Positions 9,498 through 17,976 of a DNA stretch of 38,364 nt are shown here, in pieces; the first letter of the stretch is position 1; every line of letters begins with the position of its first letter. This DNA comes from a virus. The notes beneath the pieces were generated by a model, which did not search any database, was not told where the DNA came from, and saw only the letters and a program-made list of their open reading frames with translations. Made by a program: the position numbers and the translations under genes. The DNA lies in the IMG/VR virus record IMGVR_UViG_3300027826_000006. One strand, written 5' to 3'.

Positions 9498-10177
9498 TGT
9501 TTCACCCATAGCAAGTAAGGCAGTCCCGGCCATTGTGCCCAGCATTTTTCAGGATTCGCTTTAGCCCAGACATCTGGCAAGTTTTCCCGGTATGCCGCCA
9601 ATTCCGGCCAACGTGCCACTTGATCTTTAGTAGCTGGCTTCAATCTCGCAGGCGCGCCCGTGTCAGTTTCGCGGTAATGGTACGTGTATTGGCCCTTGCT
9701 ACCGTCAGAATACGTCACGGGGTCTACCCGGTACGGCCCAGCGGCTTTGTTGATAGCTTGCGCTTCCGCGTGTAACTCCGGCCCTCCGACCGCTTTTAAT
9801 TCGTAGCGGTGACTGTCAATTTTCGCGGTACGCTTTGGACGTGTGCCATCGGCAGTCCGCATGCAGCCATGGTTCTTCCCGCCGCATGAGCATCGGCAAA
9901 CATCCTCGCGTGCTTCCCAGCACGCTTCGCCGCATGTAGCCTCACTAAGGAAAGCCACAATCGGGCTTGCGCCTTGAGCGATTCGCTTTTCAATTGGATT
10001 CAATTGCTTTTCCATACTTGTTAGATACCACCGCGCGGCCCGTGATGCAATTAAATTCGTCACCCGTACCCGCCTGACCATGCCCGCCTGCCCGCCTCTC
10101 GTTCTCGGCTCCTGCTCTTTCTCAATTAGCGATCTGGCAAAGCTATTGCCGCTTAATTGATTACAGGCGCGCGCCAT
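9494..10177 (-). CDS. hypothetical Cys-rich protein, first gene of the minus-strand operon (alternative starts MVRRVR or MEKQL)
   Basis: 227-aa ORF ending at the ATGA overlap; start ambiguous. Confidence 0.5.
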   Translation of the reverse strand: MARACNQLSGNSFARSLIEKEQEPRTRGGQAGMVRRVRVTNLIASRAARWYLTSMEKQLNPIEKRIAQGASPIVAFLSEATCGEACWEAREDVCRCSCGGKNHGCMRTADGTRPKRTAKIDSHRYELKAVGGPELHAEAQAINKAAGPYRVDPVTYSDGSKGQYTYHYRETDTGAPARLKPATKDQVARWPELAAYRENLPDVWAKANPEKCWAQWPGLPYLLWVKQ

Positions 10178-10438
10178 GGGGGAACCTTGGTTCTCCCTCC
10201 CCCTATAGCAAATTGGGGACAGATAGACTCGGAGCCTACGCGCGCGGCCATTAAATGGACGCCAGTTTTTCGGTCGTAGGTTTTCGCTCTTTCTTCGCTT
10301 TTGCCGCGCGGCGAAAATCGCTTCAATCTTCGCTTGCTATTCGCCTATTTTTCAGCATCTTGCGGCACTAACAAGTAATTAGATATCCACAGAATTATTT
10401 TTGATTCTTTATCAGTTTGGCAATTGAAAAAAAACTTC

Positions 10439-10478
10439 TTGACACGTCTATACTCTAGGATAATCTATCCCTACAATT
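10439..10478 (+). promoter_or_regulatory. sigma70-like promoter (TTGACA at 10439..10444; -10 candidates TAATCT or TACAAT) for the plus-strand block
   Basis: Consensus -35 hexamer in an AT-rich divergent intergenic region, about 70-100 nt before the GTG at 10546. Confidence 0.4.
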
Positions 10479-10545
10479 CGTGCAGTTCTCTCAGTAGCCA
10501 ACGGTTTTATGAGTCGATTGGCACGGAAGAGAAAAGGAAAAACAA

Positions 10546-11100
10546 GTGAGCAAAACATGGTACGAAAAAACCACGTTCCAACCATCTCGCATTGCTACAG
10601 AAAATGCCGGTCGCTGGTTTCGGCCATTGCCATCCGCAATAGCCAGTGCATTGCACGTCACGGAACCATTAAATGGTTCCAATGGACGTTGGCATGAAAC
10701 CGTGCAAGATGTTGCGGACGTGCTACAGGCGAATGTGCCAAACTTCAATCGTGCGGAATTCGCGCAAGAGGCAAAGGGAAGTGACGATTCCGCTTTTTGG
10801 TTGTCAGTTTGGCAAGATGACGGTGGTCACTGCTGGGATAGTGATGTGACTACACCGGCGGAAAATGCCGCATGGAATTACCTGAAGACTGGCATACCTC
10901 CAGCGATTGCAGCAAAAGAAAAAGACTCCACTTTTTCGCACCTAATAGAGGTACTGAAAAGCGATGTACGCACCTCAGTGAAAAACTACAGTTTTTTGCT
11001 GTGGTTACCTCCATGCTGTGGTTTGGCTGTGGTCTACCTGCTAACCGCGATTGAAACCCTAGGCTTTGCCGTATCGCGCATTTTCGGAGGTGCAAGGTAA
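10546..11100 (+). CDS. hypothetical protein with C-terminal TM helix, ends ...FGGAR
   Basis: GTG start preceded by AAAGGAAAAA; C-terminal hydrophobic segment; stop overlaps the next ATG. Confidence 0.55.
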   Translation: MSKTWYEKTTFQPSRIATENAGRWFRPLPSAIASALHVTEPLNGSNGRWHETVQDVADVLQANVPNFNRAEFAQEAKGSDDSAFWLSVWQDDGGHCWDSDVTTPAENAAWNYLKTGIPPAIAAKEKDSTFSHLIEVLKSDVRTSVKNYSFLLWLPPCCGLAVVYLLTAIETLGFAVSRIFGGAR

Positions 11101-11300
11101 TGAATTCATCCGAGGAAAAACGCGCGCTATTGGACGCGTGGCACATAGTACGTGATGCCATGGACAAAGCACACAATGGTCATCCCTGTTCTGGTTTCTG
11201 CGAGGGTTGGCACAAAGCCGAATCAGTTCTCTACTACCTTAGCCAGCAATTGAGCGCTGGCTACAAGAGAGGGGAATCAGATGACCTATCTAGAGGCTAA
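11100..11300 (+). CDS. hypothetical small protein (66 aa)
   Basis: RBS GGAGGTGCAAGGTAATG embedded in the upstream gene's 3' end. Confidence 0.45.
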   Translation: MNSSEEKRALLDAWHIVRDAMDKAHNGHPCSGFCEGWHKAESVLYYLSQQLSAGYKRGESDDLSRG

Positions 11301-11604
11301 AATCGGGCTGAAGCCTAGCACGATTGTTTCATTGCACGAATTTCACAGCATTGGGCATGTAGTGAAAACCACAGCTCACACTATGGGCATTGCTCACAGT
11401 GGTCATCCACTAGACGCGGTGACGCGCGATATTACGTTTTATGATTCGCGTGATTGCCGTCTTTTCAACCAAGGTTACATGGTACGCAAACGGCAAGAGT
11501 ACAGAAACGGTTTCGCATACCGCACAAAGCGGATTACCATCGACTTACGAAACCAGACCATCGAAGAGATACTCTTACCTATGGGGCAAACTTCACTTTG
11601 GTGA
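11281..11604 (+). CDS. hypothetical protein (107 aa)
   Basis: ORF with GAGGGG RBS. Confidence 0.45.
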   Translation: MTYLEAKIGLKPSTIVSLHEFHSIGHVVKTTAHTMGIAHSGHPLDAVTRDITFYDSRDCRLFNQGYMVRKRQEYRNGFAYRTKRITIDLRNQTIEEILLPMGQTSLW

Positions 11605-11607
11605 CGC

Positions 11608-11824
11608 CATGGCTAAGTGGTCAGTTTGCCTCTGGAGGATTCGCGCTAATCGCGCGCCACTGTTAGCGGAAATTTCCTATCAATTGCATGATATCGAATC
11701 ATGCAAGCCAGAAGACAAGTATCGCGCGATACGGTTCTATATCGCATTGCAAGCTAACCTATCGGGATTCATCTCCCGCACAACCAAGACGGAAACCATC
11801 TACCACGGAGGAGAACATGTATAA
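11608..11824 (+). CDS. hypothetical small protein (72 aa), ends ...HGGEHV
   Basis: ATG 4 nt after the upstream stop; its 3' end encodes the GGAGGAG RBS of the next micro-ORF. Confidence 0.4.
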
Positions 11825-11933
11825 ACTTTGGTTGGAACGTGTTTGCATTGTGGCTGCAATCGCGGTGACGTTTGCCTGTCACCTCGCGTTACTCTGGTTT
11901 GCCCATGGCCATCTCCTCGGAGGTGCACAGTGA
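11817..11933 (+). CDS. micro-ORF, hydrophobic peptide (38 aa), ends ...HLLGGAQ
   Basis: RBS GGAGGAG; single predicted TM helix; the stop overlaps the motif GGAGGTGCAC. Confidence 0.3.
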   Translation: MYKLWLERVCIVAAIAVTFACHLALLWFAHGHLLGGAQ

Positions 11934-12028
11934 CGAATCGCGGATGGCAAGCCAGTATCATTATTGGCATTGCAGTTTGGTTCCTCTGCATTGTCTACAC
12001 GTACCTAGTGACCGGAGGTGCACGCTAA
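11931..12028 (+). CDS. micro-ORF, hydrophobic peptide (32 aa), ends ...LVTGGAR
   Basis: GTG start after GGAGGTGCACA; TM-like; ends in the next GGAGGTGCAC motif. Confidence 0.3.
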
Positions 12029-12270
12029 TGACACTGCCAAAGGTTACACTCCCGAAAGTTAACCGCGCGGCACTAGCCAAACATCACAGGATAATCCGCT
12101 ATGGCGTATTCGGGATAATCGTGATTGTCTTGGTTGTGCTCCATGGCGATACCTCCGCAGGTTTGATATCGGCAGCATTGCTCAAAGTATTGGATGTGAC
12201 AGGTGACGTAATTGCCGATAGAGTACTGCCGTTCGATTGGCTAAAGACCATTAGCAAGATGGACGATTAG
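12028..12270 (+). CDS. small membrane protein (80 aa)
   Basis: ATG overlaps the upstream stop (TAATG); strongly hydrophobic core; followed by a terminator. Confidence 0.4.
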   Translation: MTLPKVTLPKVNRAALAKHHRIIRYGVFGIIVIVLVVLHGDTSAGLISAALLKVLDVTGDVIADRVLPFDWLKTISKMDD

Positions 12271-12288
12271 CCCAACCGTTTGCCGTTT

Positions 12289-12319
12289 GCCCACGGTTTC
12301 CGCCGTGGGCATTTTTATT
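12289..12319 (+). terminator. rho-independent terminator
   Basis: GCCCACGG-tttccg-CCGTGGGC hairpin followed by ATTTTTATT. Confidence 0.7.
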
Positions 12320-12730
12320 GCCGTGGTCTCACGGTACGGTCGGAAGTTTTTGCCATGGCTTATTCGCCATCACTTCGCCTAATTCCCAATTGGCCAATAT
12401 CGCGCGCAATGCGCCATAACGCGCGGAGGGTTTCAGATGACCCTAACCTATCAATATTCCCAACCCTCGCCTGTAGGCTAATAACTCACGAATACAACCT
12501 ATGTACTCTCTATACACTGGCTTATTGATTCCGCATTACTTAGCTTATGTACTATGTAGTAATACCCTATCGAAGAAAAGGCGAATCATCCAATGGATAC
12601 AATAGCTTACAGGCAGTTTTCGCCCTATGTTCACTTGCGCCGTTTGTTCGTCTTGCGCTATTCATTCGCCAAGACTGAAAATAGATCATGAAAAGCGGAG
12701 GAGATGACACCGCGCGCCGTTTTTCTGTGG

Positions 12731-12757
12731 GTCATCTCATCTCCATCTCATCTCATT
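12731..12757. repeat. short tandem repeat (CATCT)2-C-(CATCT)2
   Basis: tcatctcatctccatctcatctcat; a related copy GGGTAATCTCATCTCAT lies at 13206. Confidence 0.5.
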
Positions 12758-13422
12758 TTTGCGCGTCCAGTCGCGTCCAATTAGCCTCCAGTGGCGCGCT
12801 AGGTCTCAAGCCATGGCGAATTCCGCAATATTACATAATGCGTAATGCCCACTAACCGCTTTGCCTTGTACCGTTTGCGCGCGCCCGTCTCATTGTCACG
12901 TGTCTCATGCGACCGCGCCATAGCGACGGCGAAGAAACGGCGAAGACGCGAGCGAATGAAAAGCGAAAAGAGCGGGTGGTAGAGGCTTTTGGGGGGTGGG
13001 GGTGAACCCCATTTGCGGGTAGTGCAATTGCCTACTCCTTCTCCCCAATCCCGTTTCTTCTTTCTGTAGCCTTCCCCGGTAGCCTTTCGCCGTTGTTTCG
13101 CCCTTAGTGCGGTCAAAATGCGTTTTGTAGGTTAGGTCAGGGTGCGGAGGTAATGCGGAAGGGAAAAACGGCGGGAAGATTTTAATTGCATCGCGGGGGG
13201 ATTGAGGGTAATCTCATCTCATATCATATGATATCAACCGGCAGCCAGCCCGCAGCGGGGATAACGGTGTTGGAGGTGCTGATCTATTACGGGTTGTTAC
13301 TGGCCGCCGCCATGATTTGGCTTCATTTCGGCATGAAGAAGTGCCGCTATTGCGGCAGACATAGGATGGATGGACACAAAAAGGAGTGCCCGCGCTATAG
13401 CGCCAAGAGAGGATACCTACTA

Positions 13423-13887
13423 ATGGAAACACACGTTGAACTGCCCAAGCCCACCTTGAACGTCGAACTGCTGTTGAAGGTGAAAAACCATATTCTCGAA
13501 GAACCCAAGCGCCTGCGCATGTCGAAGTGGTTCATTAAGGGCACCCCGAATGGCCATGGCAGATCAGTATCGCGTGGTTACGGCGAACCCATCGACTTTG
13601 AAGTCCCAGCTTGCGGCACTGTGGGCTGTATTGCCGGATGGACAGAACTGCTCAACCACCCTGAAGATTACGAAGGTGCCACCGGCATCAGTGGAGTGCA
13701 CTGCGGTCGCGCCAAGAACGAACTTGGCCTGATAGACCAAAGCCTGTTTTTTGTTGATTGCTGGCCAGAACCCTACAAGTCCGACTATTACCAAGCCGAA
13801 GACAACCAGACGCGCGCCCAGATTGTAGGCGCGCTCATCGACAAACTGATTGAAGTTGGCGAAGAACAGCTTTTCGGGCGGGAGTAA
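13423..13887 (+). CDS. hypothetical protein, paralog family A (KNHILEEPKRLRM ... CGTVGCIAGW ... LFFVDCWPEPYK)
   Basis: Start refined to the ATG at 13423 (RBS AGAGAGGA); aligns with the N-terminus of paralog 17136..17672. The track ORF 13186.. adds an in-frame N-terminal CxxC/TM extension that may or may not be translated. Confidence 0.55.
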   Translation: METHVELPKPTLNVELLLKVKNHILEEPKRLRMSKWFIKGTPNGHGRSVSRGYGEPIDFEVPACGTVGCIAGWTELLNHPEDYEGATGISGVHCGRAKNELGLIDQSLFFVDCWPEPYKSDYYQAEDNQTRAQIVGALIDKLIEVGEEQLFGRE

Positions 13888-13890
13888 ATC

Positions 13891-14130
13891 ATGTCCATTC
13901 GCAAGTGGTGGCGCGATTTCTGGGATACTGATAAAGAGATTCGCGTCTACGCCAAGCGGCAAAGGCTGTTGGCCAATATGATGCTTGCCGAGGTGGAGAA
14001 AGTTCATTCCGGGGCCGCCGTGACTGCCGACGCCGTAGCGCGAATCAAGGTGTTTGAGGAAAAACTGGACGCCATGACCAATGACCAATTGCTCGAATAC
14101 CAGCCTGCGCCGGAGGAAGGTGGCCAATAG
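13891..14130 (+). CDS. hypothetical protein (79 aa)
   Basis: ORF, coupled to the next gene. Confidence 0.5.
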   Translation: MSIRKWWRDFWDTDKEIRVYAKRQRLLANMMLAEVEKVHSGAAVTADAVARIKVFEEKLDAMTNDQLLEYQPAPEEGGQ

Positions 14131-14387
14131 TGATCGAACAAGAACGCATTCGCGCGCGACAATGGATTAAGCAGCACTTCCCCGATATGGAGCCATCCGA
14201 CCTGACCATTGAACTGATGGCCTCATTCTCGGCTTCGGCTGATCCTAACCAGTGTCGCGATGAATCGGCCCGTTTGCGCAAGATTTTAGAAAAGTACGCT
14301 TATTGCCGCCACGCCCAGATCAACTGCAACTGCACCATGGAAGCGCGGGCGGCGCTATTTGAACCCCAAACTCAAAGGACACCATGA
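14130..14387 (+). CDS. hypothetical protein (85 aa)
   Basis: ORF with overlapping start (GTG). Confidence 0.45.
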   Translation: MIEQERIRARQWIKQHFPDMEPSDLTIELMASFSASADPNQCRDESARLRKILEKYAYCRHAQINCNCTMEARAALFEPQTQRTP

Positions 14388-14533
14388 AACGATTCGCGGG
14401 AATATTACTCGATCAGCGCTGACTTCGCCAAGCTGGCGGTGCGGTTTGGAGGACTGGTGGCACGGGCAAGATCGCAACGGGTGGTGGATTGGATGCAGGC
14501 GATGGAGATTGAATCGCAGAAAGTGAGCACGAA

Positions 14534-14770
14534 ATGAGCGACGAAGCCAAGTGGATTCGATTCCGCGAAGTTGCGGCAACGGGTAAGACGCAGCGATGGC
14601 TGGTCGAGACGCTTACAGGCGTGACCATCGGCACTGTACATTGGTGGGGTGCGTGGAGGCAGTATTGCTTTTCGCCGGAGGCCAACACCATCTACGAACG
14701 TCAGTGTTTGCGAGACATCGCCCAATTCTGCGAATCCCGCACACGAGCCACAAGAACTTGCCCCGTCTAA
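14534..14770 (+). CDS. hypothetical protein (78 aa)
   Basis: ORF. Confidence 0.45.
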   Translation: MSDEAKWIRFREVAATGKTQRWLVETLTGVTIGTVHWWGAWRQYCFSPEANTIYERQCLRDIAQFCESRTRATRTCPV

Positions 14771-14794
14771 AAGTTGAGGAGAAAGGACTAGATT

Positions 14795-15043
14795 ATGGGT
14801 CGGCATAACTTCGGTTATGTTTGGCGACGGAGAAAGAGTGGTTACAGGCTGGACTGGAAACTGATTGCGACGGACACTTTGATGCCAATCGTGTGCGCTG
14901 TCATCGGGCATCGCATTTGGGACTCCGCAATGGGATACGGCCCTCCTAGTTGGGCGTGCAAACGCTGTTTCCGCTACGTCCCTGCCGAGCAGATAACCCT
15001 GCGCGAATGGGCGCGAAAGGAGGTCTCCGATGTCGAGCGATGA
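14795..15043 (+). CDS. hypothetical protein (82 aa)
   Basis: ORF with RBS AGGAGAAAGG upstream. Confidence 0.45.
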   Translation: MGRHNFGYVWRRRKSGYRLDWKLIATDTLMPIVCAVIGHRIWDSAMGYGPPSWACKRCFRYVPAEQITLREWARKEVSDVER

Positions 15044-15428
15044 ACTGGAGCAGAAGGTGGCCGGGGAATTTGGCCCGTACTTCAACTGCCTTGATATTTG
15101 GGGATACAACGACAGGCTGCGAGTGTGGAAGGCTCTTCTAGCGGCACGCGCCGAGATCGCACGGCTCTCTCAATCTTTGGCCGATGCCGCGAACGAAATC
15201 CACTGTGCTGGCCCGGTCGATCATCGTATCCGCGTTGTGCGTGCGGAGTGGTCGGAAGCGTTGGAGAAGAAAGAGGCCCGCGTCCGCGAACTGGAACTTG
15301 ACCTCGCCGCCGTGCTGGTGGTGCTGCGGTCGAAATCGACAGACCAAGAGTGGGAAGGGATGCCGGTCGGATTTCGCGAGGCGTATGCGGCCAGTCAGGA
15401 GAAGAAAAATGCTATCACCGGGAACTGA
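15030..15428 (+). CDS. hypothetical coiled-coil protein (132 aa)
   Basis: ORF. Confidence 0.5.
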   Translation: MSSDELEQKVAGEFGPYFNCLDIWGYNDRLRVWKALLAARAEIARLSQSLADAANEIHCAGPVDHRIRVVRAEWSEALEKKEARVRELELDLAAVLVVLRSKSTDQEWEGMPVGFREAYAASQEKKNAITGN

Positions 15429-15816
15429 GCTTTACGCCATGTACCACACACTCTGGACGAAGGCCGTTGGCACTCAGGGCTACGACAAGAATGAGTGGGC
15501 AAAGTTTGGAGAGCTAATTAAGCAAGAGGCTGCGGCGACGGAGGCAGGGAAGCTGCGGGAGGCACTGACGCCAGTGGTTCCGCTGTTGGAGAAATTATTT
15601 CGCTGGCAAGAAGCCGGATTCAGCGTCGTTGCCACAGAGGATCGCAAGATTCTTGACACAGCGAAGGCGGCACTCGCACCCGCCAAGACTGCCGCTGCAT
15701 CTCCGCACTCTTTTGTGTCGTATGCTGGCTCCAGATGCTGCTCTACGTGCGGCCACTATCTCGACCATGAACTGCACCAGAGCGCACCCGCCAAGACTGC
15801 CGAGGAGGGGAAATGA
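15409..15816 (+). CDS. hypothetical protein (start refined to the ATG at 15409)
   Basis: In-frame ATG after AGGAGAAGAAAA; the track's longer version overlaps the upstream gene extensively. Confidence 0.45.
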   Translation: MLSPGTELYAMYHTLWTKAVGTQGYDKNEWAKFGELIKQEAAATEAGKLREALTPVVPLLEKLFRWQEAGFSVVATEDRKILDTAKAALAPAKTAAASPHSFVSYAGSRCCSTCGHYLDHELHQSAPAKTAEEGK

Positions 15817-16076
15817 TCAACGGCAATGCGATTCAAGACGAAGCGTTAGGTGCTGCGATACAAGGGGCAGCGCGAGACTTGCCGGAGGGATGGCAGATTC
15901 AAATCACGATAGAAAAGGGCGCAGGATGGGCGCGACTATACAATTCCGAAGGAATCAGGGTTGACGATTTCGATAGTACCGATCTCGGTCTGCAAGAGTC
16001 GATTGTGCGCGGAATCGGGATGGCAGTGCGGGCGGCGGAGAAGACTGGAGGCAGCGAAAATGGCGAGAATAATTGA
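15813..16076 (+). CDS. hypothetical protein (87 aa)
   Basis: ORF, coupled start. Confidence 0.5.
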   Translation: MINGNAIQDEALGAAIQGAARDLPEGWQIQITIEKGAGWARLYNSEGIRVDDFDSTDLGLQESIVRGIGMAVRAAEKTGGSENGENN

Positions 16077-16096
16077 TCCAATGACGCAGCAGGAAA

Positions 16097-16528
16097 TTGA
16101 GGTCGAGTGCGTTCCTTGCTTTGAAGAGGAGGGTAGCCGAGCGTGCGTTAGATTTGCACACCAAACTGAGCCAACGACTGAAATCAGAGTCGGCAGCGAA
16201 AGCCCGTGCGTTGACGGAAGCAGAATTGGCGAACACGCCAGAGGGTAAGTTTCTAACACAGGTTGCACGCGAACTGGCGGAACAAGAGCCAGAGTCAATG
16301 TGCCCATCCTGCCACATGCTACCCGCAGCTATGATAATGCGTGTCTCGCAGGAAGCTATGCGACGTTGGGCAGACTCGGTGCGGCGGGAGACGCTGGAGG
16401 AAGCGGCCCAGATTGTCGAACGATGCTCGCTACCTTGTACTATGGCTGCGGAGAGAGACGAGACGCTTATACGTGCGAACATAGCGGCGGCGATACGCTC
16501 CCTCGCGGCAGAGAAGACGAAATTATGA
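16097..16528 (+). CDS. hypothetical Ala/Arg/Glu-rich protein (alternative overlapping ORF 16060..16248)
   Basis: TTG start; competes with a 63-aa ORF in another frame that has a better RBS; uncertain. Confidence 0.3.
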   Translation: MRSSAFLALKRRVAERALDLHTKLSQRLKSESAAKARALTEAELANTPEGKFLTQVARELAEQEPESMCPSCHMLPAAMIMRVSQEAMRRWADSVRRETLEEAAQIVERCSLPCTMAAERDETLIRANIAAAIRSLAAEKTKL

Positions 16529-16704
16529 TGAGTGAATCTCGTACTTGTAATTGGTACCGCTGCGATAAAGGCAAGCGGGATACTGCGGTCTATGAAGTAA
16601 CCGGAGAACATATCGATGGCAAGACCGTAGATCGCCGCTATTGTGACGAGCACGCCGCCGCCTGCGAGAAGGCAGGCTTTACCGTTGCGCCAAAAAACCG
16701 ATGA
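16525..16704 (+). CDS. small Cys-containing protein (59 aa; C..C....C.......C)
   Basis: ATGATG start overlapping the upstream stop. Confidence 0.35.
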   Translation: MMSESRTCNWYRCDKGKRDTAVYEVTGEHIDGKTVDRRYCDEHAAACEKAGFTVAPKNR

Positions 16705-16982
16705 GCGACCCGAAATTCAGGCCATCTGTGCAGCTTCGCTTCCGCAGCGCGGCGCAGTTCGCGCGCGTGAAGAAAGCCGCCGAAGACGAGGGCATTTCTA
16801 CCAATGAATACATTGTCCGCCTGCTGGAACTTGAGGAGAATCCGCGCGTGGGGAAATCCATGACCGATCTGGCCAAAATCATCGAGCAACGCAGCCGCGA
16901 TCACGATACCAAATCATGCAGGCTCTATGGCTGTGGCACTTGCCGGGTGATGGGCGTGAAGGACGTGAGTCGCGGCCTATGA
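16701..16982 (+). CDS. ribbon-helix-helix (Arc/MetJ/CopG-like) DNA-binding protein
   Basis: N-terminus QLRFRSAAQFARVKKAAEDEGISTNEYIVRLLE fits the beta-strand / helix A / helix B RHH pattern. Confidence 0.5.
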   Translation: MSDPKFRPSVQLRFRSAAQFARVKKAAEDEGISTNEYIVRLLELEENPRVGKSMTDLAKIIEQRSRDHDTKSCRLYGCGTCRVMGVKDVSRGL

Positions 16983-17257
16983 TTATTACCCGCACCGATG
17001 TGTGCCAGTGCGACGAATGCGGGCATCCGTGGCTATCGCGTTGCAAGGGCGGGGCGCTCCCCGCGCAATGTCCGCACTGTCACACGCGGCACTGGAATGA
17101 TTCTGTAATACCATTACCGAGAAACAGGAGAACCAATGGCAAAATCAAAAGCCGCCAAATACAAAGTTCCCGCAGCGGGCCGCAAATTGTTGTTGCGGGT
17201 AAAGAAACATATCCTCGAAGAACCCAAGCGCCTGCGCATGGCCGAATGGATGCTTAG
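16979..17257 (+). CDS. zinc-ribbon protein (CQCDECG ... CPHCH); 3' end uncertain
   Basis: ATGA-coupled start; the frame runs into the next gene (start 17136), so the C-terminus is doubtful. Confidence 0.35.
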   Translation: MIITRTDVCQCDECGHPWLSRCKGGALPAQCPHCHTRHWNDSVIPLPRNRRTNGKIKSRQIQSSRSGPQIVVAGKETYPRRTQAPAHGRMDA

Positions 17258-17672
17258 CAAGGAATATTGCGCCAACATGGAGCCAATTTTCCAAACCGCT
17301 GGTACGGCTTGGGGAGAACCCCCGCGCAGAGGAATACAATGGCCATCGTGTGGTACAACCGGCTGTATTGCCGGATGGATGGAATTGCTCGCCAACGGTA
17401 TGCCAGAGGGCGACGCAGACTTAATGGACAGGATGGATAGCGCTCAGGAATTCGCCTCCAAGGTGCTGGAATTTGATAAGCAGCCATGGGGCACATACAC
17501 CGAACCGGGACTTTTCTTTGTGAGCGAGTGGCCATACAAATTTGCCGAGAGCTACTCGAAGGCCAAGACTCAGGCCAAGCGCGCCAAAATTGTGGCTGCC
17601 GTGATTGATGACTTCTTGGCCGACCCGGAGCCTTACCTCCCCGCACCAGAACCCGAGGAAGGCGATGACTAA
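17136..17672 (+). CDS. hypothetical protein, paralog family A (second copy)
   Basis: RBS AACAGGAGAACC; shares KKHILEEPKRLRM, CGTTGCIAGWMELL and LFFVSEWPYKF with 13423..13887, including a 27-nt identical DNA stretch. Confidence 0.55.
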   Translation: MAKSKAAKYKVPAAGRKLLLRVKKHILEEPKRLRMAEWMLSKEYCANMEPIFQTAGTAWGEPPRRGIQWPSCGTTGCIAGWMELLANGMPEGDADLMDRMDSAQEFASKVLEFDKQPWGTYTEPGLFFVSEWPYKFAESYSKAKTQAKRAKIVAAVIDDFLADPEPYLPAPEPEEGDD

Positions 17673-17976
17673 ATCAGAGCGCGGCCCCCATGGCGATCAA
17701 ATCGCCGTGGAGTATGGCGAGGAACGCGAACAGGAATTGTGGGATCATCGCGCCGACCGGCTGGCGAAACTCATCCGCCTGAAAGCGCCGCGCATTATCA
17801 TTGTCCACTCCACGCTGATCTTGCTGGCGCATCATGGCATGTGGGACGCCATTAAATTCTGGCTGAAGACCCACTATTGGAATCAATGGAAATATACCGC
17901 GTGGTACGCTTGGCATAAGCATATCCTGCGGCACACCGATAAAGAGATTGAAAATCTTATTCTGGAGGGCAAGTGA
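17665..17976 (+). CDS. hypothetical protein (103 aa)
   Basis: ATG after GAGGAAGGCG RBS, overlapping the upstream stop. Confidence 0.45.
   Translation: MTKSERGPHGDQIAVEYGEEREQELWDHRADRLAKLIRLKAPRIIIVHSTLILLAHHGMWDAIKFWLKTHYWNQWKYTAWYAWHKHILRHTDKEIENLILEGK

Noticed and set aside
12731-12757. Possible CRISPR-like repeat
   Set aside because: It is only a pentanucleotide microsatellite (CATCT)n with no spacer-repeat periodicity. No CRISPR array is present in the window.
12799-13116. 105-aa minus-strand ORF in the long noncoding region
   Set aside because: The low-complexity basic peptide (KKKRDWGEGVG ... PPPP) arises from G-tract and repeat DNA. There is no RBS, and it overlaps the iteron-like repeats.
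13564-14127. Long antisense ORFs (for example 562..1068, 13564..14127, 15955..16653, 17674..18075, 18006..18485, 22703..23281, 23199..23693, 37469..38083)
   Set aside because: They are shadows of better-supported genes on the opposite strand in GC-rich DNA. They lack RBS and coupling, and their composition is Arg/Ala/Gly-skewed.
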